Below are positions 58,401-64,000 of a DNA stretch of 64,000 bases, one piece after another. The DNA is from a virus (taxonomy: Duplodnaviria; Caudoviricetes). How positions within the stretch are numbered: position 1 is the first letter of the stretch; every line of letters starts with the position of its first letter. Location of the stretch: IMG/VR virus record IMGVR_UViG_3300020598_000119. One strand, written 5' to 3'. Position numbers and translations under genes: made by a program. The notes under the pieces are model-generated. The model was not told where the DNA came from, did not search any database, and saw only the letters and a program-made list of their open reading frames with translations.

Positions 58401-60062
58401 ATCGCCGAGTGCGTTGATGTGTTTGAGATCACGCATCAGGTCTGAGAGATTCATTGCCTTTTCAGTAAGCACGAGAACCTTGCGTCCCTGCAGAGCCGCA
58501 CGCTTGACCAGCGCCATAAGGGCACGTCCTTTACCGACGCCAGTGTTATCCGCGAACAGGAACGCACGACCGCGCTCTTCCGCGTGGATTGCCAGACCAA
58601 CACCATCGATCTGTTCTGGAGAAAGCCTCTCGCCCAATTCATCCAGCGGAATGCCGCACTCGATAGAGACACGCTTGTCGACGTCTTCAAAATTTTCGAC
58701 CAAGCGGTTCAGGGCAGAACGAGTCGCCTCGTCCAGTTCCTTCGGCACCATAGTAATTGGTTTATTCGTTTTAGAAGCGGACTTGTACGGTACCTGATGG
58801 GAATTCTGAGCCATTGTAGCGGCCGTAAGCTCCGCTCCCGTAGAAAGGCCAGAGCGAACGCTTTCCATCGCGCGGGCGCGTTCCGAGACCGTAACTGATG
58901 CCCACGACCAAAACGCAGCTTCGTCATTGATCTCAGCGATAGCTGGAATTTCAGCCGGATCACCAATGGAAGACGTCACGACCAGCGACTTGCTCGACTG
59001 ACCGAGATCGACCAATGCCGCTGCTTCGACTGGACCGTGCTTCGCCAACTCTGCCAAGACCACTGACGCAGCGTTCATATCGGCAACAGGAACGAAGCTG
59101 ACAGTCATTGACCTAGCCTTTCGCCCCCGCAGGTCGGCGAGCGCCGTTTCCTTACTGTCTGCAAAAGATAGAACGAAGTCGGCTTCTTCCGCTTTTTCAG
59201 CAGCGCGAACAGCTTTCGGTTTAAACTGATCGAACAGATCGGAGCGACCACCTGACAAATAGATGGAATGACCAAGAAGATCTCGATCCATGCCGAGGAG
59301 GCGGCGTCCAATTACGATCTGATCAAAATTGCTGTCTTTACCGAGATCGTACTTTTCAAAAGCACGAGCGATATCGAGAGAAACAGAGAAGCGTTCGCGA
59401 AGGGTTTTGATGCCTTTGCGGCCGACGAAACGAAGGGCTGCTTCTTTAACTGCAGTAACGAATTCATCCTTACGCGAAGGCTCGACACCAATTGTCTTCA
59501 TGTAGGTATCGATGCTGATCATCTGATCAGTGCCATGCGTCTTTACAGCGGTTTCAACAAAGCCTTCGGCACACATGGTGAAAGAGGTTTCGTCGACGGC
59601 ACGCAGGAACATGCCTGGGCTACTTGCGGCCATGCCCTTCTCTTTGATCTGACGACCTCTGGAGTCGACAAAAACGCGCTCGCCATTTTCTTCAACGATC
59701 TTCTGACCCTGTCTATTGTAGCCCAGGAGGACAGCCTTCTTGATATCTGATGTACTGATCAGATCTGACGAAGCATCAGTGTCCGCAGATGGCTTAGGCG
59801 GCTCGATACGGAGGACGTACTCTCCCTGTTCGTGCTCACGGATTTTCAGATTCGGAAACTCGCGCTGAAATTCACGCGGGTTGAGCTGCGTTGCATTAGG
59901 CTTGATCCAACTATTTCCTGTTGGTCGTTTTTGAAAGCCAAGGCGGCGAACGGCATCAATATGCTGATCAGGAACTTTATCCAACAGTAAAACTTGTGCA
60001 GTCGGCATAACTGCAAGGTGCAGTTTCATCCCATATTCAGATAAATCAAGCCACTTCGCCAT
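55416..60062 (-). CDS. Strawberry-notch-like SF2 helicase
   Basis: ADNTGVGKGR, FATYSQ, GDEIHVAASG, SSATFA, GEITGR, NSAGSTGIDLHAS..DQRRRVM, QAYGRVSR. Confidence 0.88.
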   Translation of the reverse strand: MAKWLDLSEYGMKLHLAVMPTAQVLLLDKVPDQHIDAVRRLGFQKRPTGNSWIKPNATQLNPREFQREFPNLKIREHEQGEYVLRIEPPKPSADTDASSDLISTSDIKKAVLLGYNRQGQKIVEENGERVFVDSRGRQIKEKGMAASSPGMFLRAVDETSFTMCAEGFVETAVKTHGTDQMISIDTYMKTIGVEPSRKDEFVTAVKEAALRFVGRKGIKTLRERFSVSLDIARAFEKYDLGKDSNFDQIVIGRRLLGMDRDLLGHSIYLSGGRSDLFDQFKPKAVRAAEKAEEADFVLSFADSKETALADLRGRKARSMTVSFVPVADMNAASVVLAELAKHGPVEAAALVDLGQSSKSLVVTSSIGDPAEIPAIAEINDEAAFWSWASVTVSERARAMESVRSGLSTGAELTAATMAQNSHQVPYKSASKTNKPITMVPKELDEATRSALNRLVENFEDVDKRVSIECGIPLDELGERLSPEQIDGVGLAIHAEERGRAFLFADNTGVGKGRALMALVKRAALQGRKVLVLTEKAMNLSDLMRDLKHINALGDVKPVVMNQDASLIDESTGKAFELGDRSILEKAIADKTWPDDIPVVFATYSQFNQSPEDSARAAWLREVIDAETLVVGDEIHVAASGNSNTSENIAHAIEASGPPVLSSATFAGDARAMAFFERLFPYGMSGSEIAAMMRKGGEQFMEVVSSMLVTDGVMIRREKDMSKLEISQHLDSERVERNRNHMDALAAVIGEMAVLSGEMDRVVNARNNTDGSLLKGIQLKRMGFGSPLYTMIRLFSAALLAEFAAERAVTALQNGEKPIVLVENTIQGILKDAELDGGDAPDFKDVMRRILGQLTKMSYTDDDGGLNRVDAAEGNEAVQATLSHINAMIDQLPDLPASAIDVVKGKIRDAGFSCGEITGRVLEVVDGKVVPRKERNVTKTKNSFNAGEVDALVINSAGSTGIDLHASRRFKDQRRRVMIELQGPAYVLKQIQAYGRVSRYDEVVPSRVEVLSSGLPVEVRLAAMRNQKLRRLSANVTSNRDSIFLTKNIPDLINSVGDQVVSKYAEMRPDLVKKLCLSYVDEEGVVNVPGTDEDVESESRQDNDRSANEFMSRLALLPTDYQEKVLSELTAEYELHIAELEARGENPLRPKELEGMVHIRDARLFEGNENSAAVTAFDGPMHIRDVVIERVAESIRSEALMEAVEAGTEVYGEVEKAADNITESPEVYLEIYMPKNIRTVQEALEKNNPKLMQIKSDMEITAAALRALIPGREVELAHGLDAEKVKAIVTAVYAPPSGYHHLRSQYTVSLAIPGQTRITSVRLSTLLQDMQVATFEKNGGVKFNVSDGLTGSDYDKVLERFEGASAKKLTPARILSTNIFRAVRLATKYNLGQMISYVDSEGNRHRGVLVKKNFESHLEKLAVRLDGVEQALNALVDKRAEVTNSATSSKNALKISPFGRDTWNLTIPAPRNSRAGRKWPSEAFKELFESGELTSNTHSSVTITSVDDLRDVLEILNNSGINTFYVDSKYRRDFVDENEHQAKALEMCA

Positions 60063-60140
60063 CGATCTTCACTCTAAGTTCAAGAAATACGTCTTTAATC
60101 AAGCTATTAAAAATAGTGGCAACTCACAAAATTTACGCCC

Positions 60141-60989
60141 TTAAAAAAGGGCGACACTCATAATAAGGGCGACAACACCTAAGGTTGCCAGGCCAATTAC
60201 AATTGGGAATTGCTTGCCGGATCTAGCTCCTTCAGATTTCCTGTCCCTGGAAAATTCGACGGAAGCCTCTTTTTTGCTTTTGTCGTGGACAGTGGCTGGC
60301 TTAAAATCGCTGGAAATCAAAATCCGATCATCAAGCAAATGATATGGGACCGTGTTCCAGTCCGTGTCACTCAATTCGACGAATAGGGGAACATTGGAGA
60401 AAACACGGTCTAGCACGTAATGTTCAGGCTCATTCATTGGCCGGGTCAACTCGGGGCCAGCGTCGGACCTCTCAATTGCAAAAAAATTCGAACAGGGTGA
60501 CACAGTCAAATTGACCTTATCGCCTTCTTGCAATCCAAGGCTCTCGGCCAATTTAACACCAATCATCATATCCAGCCCGAAGGTGGTCAGCCGAGCGAGA
60601 ACGCCTCGGTAATAGCGAGGCCCGAAGTCGACATAGCCGATAGCCTGTTCGCCAGCCTTTCTAACAGCCGCGAGCTGGGCAGATTGAGACATGGCAAAAT
60701 CGGCAATCTGAGCAACAGCCTCCAGCTCTGCATCCGCGTCTAGGAGTGCCACCTTACTGGTGTACCCACTTGGGCACACGTCATAGTCGGCGACGGCGGT
60801 CATCAACTCCTCTTTCGTCATGAAGATGAAACACTGCCCGACGCCTTCGTTAATGAGACAGGCTCCATGAAGGCCTTCCACACCTGTGAAGGCCCTCATC
60901 TGCTCAGGTCCAACGACCACAGCCACACAATTTTCAATTGTCACTGTCTGAGATCCTTTCTCCTGCCTGAATGACCAGCAAGCTGACAA
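60141..60989 (-). CDS. Hypothetical protein with C-terminal membrane anchor
   Basis: 282 aa; probable GTG start near 60944; hydrophobic C-terminus. Confidence 0.7.
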   Translation of the reverse strand: MSACWSFRQEKGSQTVTIENCVAVVVGPEQMRAFTGVEGLHGACLINEGVGQCFIFMTKEELMTAVADYDVCPSGYTSKVALLDADAELEAVAQIADFAMSQSAQLAAVRKAGEQAIGYVDFGPRYYRGVLARLTTFGLDMMIGVKLAESLGLQEGDKVNLTVSPCSNFFAIERSDAGPELTRPMNEPEHYVLDRVFSNVPLFVELSDTDWNTVPYHLLDDRILISSDFKPATVHDKSKKEASVEFSRDRKSEGARSGKQFPIVIGLATLGVVALIMSVALF

Positions 60990-61671
60990 ACTGCGTCAGG
61001 CGAGACTCCGCGATCCATGAAATTCCGTCGCCCAATGCATCGCTCGCAAGATTGGCAAGCCAGACACGGCCGTAAGGCCCGATGGGGAAAACGCCTGGAA
61101 CCTCGTCAAGCAGCTTCAGGATATCCGAAACGAAATGATCGGTTGCGGACCTATAGAGATGACCTGCCAAACTCGGACGCTCTTTGGCTGTCTGAAGCCG
61201 TTTTTCAACCTCACCAGAGATTTCGCACCCCCAAACGTGGCCTGTATCGAGTGCCGACCAGATTTCATCTTTGATGTCCTCCATCTGCTCTGCCAGATTG
61301 AACACTGCCAAGCAGGAGAGTGCGGTGTCTTTGCCTTGAGTCACAAGGACTGAGGAGAAGGCAGATAGGTCAACTCCTCTGCATTCCGTGGCTGGAACGG
61401 CCAACAATTTCATTCCTGAGACAGCTCTGGCGGCAATCAATTTTTCAGGTGATGTCGCACCATTATCAAACTCTCCAAGTGTTTCAAGCACTGCCTCAAT
61501 GTCGTCTTCGTCGACTGCACCGGCAATTAATTGCTTTGCAATATCTAAGTGTGAAGAAAAAATAGAAGGCGAAGAAACCCGTTGCATGCCTGATTTTCCA
61601 ATGACTATAGAATTATTCTGCAGATCAAATGCCTTGAGCGCAATCGCCGCTTGCCATATTTCCCGCTCCAA
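60934..61671 (-). CDS. Hypothetical protein
   Basis: 245 aa ORF; start uncertain. Confidence 0.65.
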   Translation of the reverse strand: MEREIWQAAIALKAFDLQNNSIVIGKSGMQRVSSPSIFSSHLDIAKQLIAGAVDEDDIEAVLETLGEFDNGATSPEKLIAARAVSGMKLLAVPATECRGVDLSAFSSVLVTQGKDTALSCLAVFNLAEQMEDIKDEIWSALDTGHVWGCEISGEVEKRLQTAKERPSLAGHLYRSATDHFVSDILKLLDEVPGVFPIGPYGRVWLANLASDALGDGISWIAESRLTQFVSLLVIQAGERISDSDN

Positions 61672-61704
61672 GGCTTAACTGGTATTAAGGAGTGAATTTT
61701 CGCA

Positions 61705-62898
61705 ATGACGTCAGCCAAGGGCTATCGATTGAAACTCAACAACATAATCGAGTTGTCAGCTTGGCTTGACGACTATCGAACCACGTCGCTGCGCCATCTC
61801 GGCAAGTTATACGGGACCTTGGTCGCCCATAAAGCAGTTGAATACCTAGATCGCGACAGAATGGGCATCACTGATTTGCCTGACGACGTTTTTGCCGTTG
61901 CATGCTCGGATGTTCGAAAATCTCTTGGCCGAAGCGCGACGGGGATCATCGCACCAGACCTCAATTGCTCCATAAAGTTTCATCTGGTCCATGATGCAGT
62001 CCTTGCCACGTTTACTCATGGGAATGACGAATACCTGAAGGCATGGGAAGCTAACAAAGCGGTTGTGAAATGGGGGTGGGCTGCCGATGCTGAGCCTGGT
62101 GGAATCCCTGAACAAGCCTGGAAAGTGCGTGAGAAATATTGGTCAAAGGCTAACTCACGAAAACTTGGTGGGGACCTTCAATTTCTCTTGGTAGACAAAC
62201 CATTGCCGGACATTGGATGGGGTGCAATTTGGCGGTATTTGCCGTCAAATGAGCAACGAATTTCTGTTGCGGTCGAAGCGTTGAAGGAGTCTGACCCAAC
62301 AGGGCTTATGAATCGCTATTCGGGCCAGAAGCTCAAAGAAATGGTCCTTCGTTCGATTGAGCAAGAGGTCAATAAGAATAGCTTCCTGAAATCGACCCGA
62401 AACAGGATGTCAGGCGCTAAGAAAATTCGACAAGATGTCGCCGCCGCTCGAAAGCCATCAGTGGCCAAAGACATTCAAGAGAAGATTGAGGCAAAAGAGC
62501 GAAAGCCTGCACGAGCTTCTGAGATAGACCACGCTGACATCATTGTGGCCTCGGATAATAAAATCTTTGTCGCCGTTCCCTATGTTGGCCTCGATCCCGA
62601 TAGCCGAGTCTTCGTTCAGGTGAGCGATAAGCATGTTGCTTTTTCACAGAACGGCGTTCAGTACGGATTTGTTGATAACGTGAAACGCTCAAGCCTCGAC
62701 GTATTAAAGACCACCAACCAAGTGATTCTTATCGAGATTGAAAAAAACTTCGATGAGCGCTTGCTTCGTGCAAAGCACATGGCCATTGTCACAGATATCA
62801 GTCTTCAAGACGGGTTTGGCTCGGCTATCAATCGCTTTAAACAAATCGCCAATACCTCCATGCGCGAAAAGGAATTAAAAGAATGGGAAAAGCATTAA
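61705..62898 (+). CDS. Hypothetical protein
   Basis: 397 aa; SD AAGGAG. Confidence 0.8.
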   Translation: MTSAKGYRLKLNNIIELSAWLDDYRTTSLRHLGKLYGTLVAHKAVEYLDRDRMGITDLPDDVFAVACSDVRKSLGRSATGIIAPDLNCSIKFHLVHDAVLATFTHGNDEYLKAWEANKAVVKWGWAADAEPGGIPEQAWKVREKYWSKANSRKLGGDLQFLLVDKPLPDIGWGAIWRYLPSNEQRISVAVEALKESDPTGLMNRYSGQKLKEMVLRSIEQEVNKNSFLKSTRNRMSGAKKIRQDVAAARKPSVAKDIQEKIEAKERKPARASEIDHADIIVASDNKIFVAVPYVGLDPDSRVFVQVSDKHVAFSQNGVQYGFVDNVKRSSLDVLKTTNQVILIEIEKNFDERLLRAKHMAIVTDISLQDGFGSAINRFKQIANTSMREKELKEWEKH

Positions 62899-63182
62899 AT
62901 AACCAGATAATCGATGAATCCTTTGCTGGTCTCATGGACCCCAAGGAGGTTCACGAGCTTGGTCGCGAGGACATAACCAGCGGTCGTCCTGGACAAAGCC
63001 TATTACAGATAGTCCAGGAATTTGGTCACGAAGGGTTCAAGCAAATCGTTGAAAACCGTGCCAAGGAACGCGCTGCTCTAGCAGCCTCGGATGCGCCAGA
63101 AGCAGGAAAGAAACTTGCGGATTTTGGCCTTAATTCCAAGTCGGATGGCCCTGCAAAGGACATGGCAATTAGCGACGAATAA
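62883..63182 (+). CDS. Hypothetical protein
   Basis: 99 aa, overlaps the upstream stop. Confidence 0.65.
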   Translation: MGKALNNQIIDESFAGLMDPKEVHELGREDITSGRPGQSLLQIVQEFGHEGFKQIVENRAKERAALAASDAPEAGKKLADFGLNSKSDGPAKDMAISDE

Positions 63183-63251
63183 TCGTAGAAAAATGTTGAC
63201 GCATTAACAATGAATAAATACCCTTTATGCAGACAGTAAAAGGGTATTTTA

Positions 63252-64000
63252 ATGGAAAAAGCAGAGGTCTCTAAAGGTGCTTCCCAGTTCACTCCAGAGC
63301 TAAAGAGCGCGTTTGAGCGAGCTAAAGCCGAAGTTGAGCACCGTGGCGCGGCTCATATCGATCTTGTATTCGCATTAAATGCGCTGCTCGACGACAAGTC
63401 GGTTGTCAAGGCGATGGCCGATAAGGGCATCGATTGCAACATGCTTCGGTTCTATATTGAAAAACACCTGGATAGCCGTAATTACCCTGAAGAAGTCGGT
63501 CGAGACGGCGTTTCATTGTCGTCTATTCTATTTAAGGCGATTTCTCAGGTTTTTCTCAGAAAGCCACAGCAGGAGGTCACCAATCTCGATTTATTGAACG
63601 AGATTTGGAATGTCCCTCCGACACCTGCCCGTGAATATTTTGCTATTTCTGCAATTGAACTGTGCCTTGCACAGGACGTTGAAACGATCAGAAATTGCTC
63701 CCGCGCGAACTTCGTTTTTGAACCAACTGGTTTGCCCGATAATGCGCAATCCGAAACGCGGCACGAAGGCATGCTCATTCCTTCACAAAATGTCGGCGCG
63801 AACCCCTCTTCCAACCACGCTACAGTGAATAACCGCGTGTTCAAGGACGTCGAATTCTGCACCAATCTTACGAATCAAGCCTTCCTGAAAAAGATTGACC
63901 CGGTGTTCGGTAGAGATCAGGAAGTCGACCGTATGACTGAGGTCATCACGCGCCGTAAGAAAAACAACCCTATCCTGCTTGGCGAGCCAGGCGTAGGTAA
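63252..64000 (+). CDS. ClpA/ClpB-family AAA+ ATPase (partial, runs off window end; absent from ORF track)
   Basis: Open frame from ATG 63252: Clp-N-like start, then FCTNLT..KIDPVFGRDQEVDRMTEVITRRKKNNPILLGEPGVG. Confidence 0.9.
   Translation, partial: MEKAEVSKGASQFTPELKSAFERAKAEVEHRGAAHIDLVFALNALLDDKSVVKAMADKGIDCNMLRFYIEKHLDSRNYPEEVGRDGVSLSSILFKAISQVFLRKPQQEVTNLDLLNEIWNVPPTPAREYFAISAIELCLAQDVETIRNCSRANFVFEPTGLPDNAQSETRHEGMLIPSQNVGANPSSNHATVNNRVFKDVEFCTNLTNQAFLKKIDPVFGRDQEVDRMTEVITRRKKNNPILLGEPGVG

Noticed and set aside
60097-61688. CtrA boxes (TTAA-N7-TTAA) in intergenic regions
   Set aside because: Candidates near 60097 and 61675 have N8 and N6 spacing
63379-63865. Three short ORFs at the window end
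   Set aside because: Out-of-frame or antisense to the open Clp ATPase frame starting at 63252

Overview
This window looks like a 64-kb segment of a large conjugative megaplasmid. The host is most likely an alphaproteobacterium (Rhizobiales-like), inferred from DUF1127, an Omp25/RopB-type barrel and GANTC-rich origin DNA. It contains the replication region: about 16 phased iterons followed by a Rep initiator, back-to-back with a wHTH gene whose leader carries a predicted antisense (ctRNA-like) RNA. Nearby are an AbiEi/AbiEii toxin-antitoxin pair with three operator palindromes and four tRNA genes (Phe-GAA, 2x Arg-ACG, Arg-CCG) lying downstream of an Arg-codon leader peptide and terminator. Transfer genes include a DotL/IcmO-like type IVB coupling ATPase and the end of a type IV pilus operon (secretin). 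DNA-metabolism and host-manipulation genes include an intein-interrupted Dcm-like methyltransferase, a second amino-methyltransferase, an HNH nuclease, ScpA/ScpB, UvrD, ProQ/FinO, RecJ, a 1435-aa primase-polymerase/helicase, a ParA-like ATPase, a dNMP kinase, a macrodomain, an ADP-ribosylglycohydrolase, TraR/DksA, PcfJ, a strawberry-notch helicase and a truncated ClpA/B. All product calls come from motif recognition by eye; no database searches were run.
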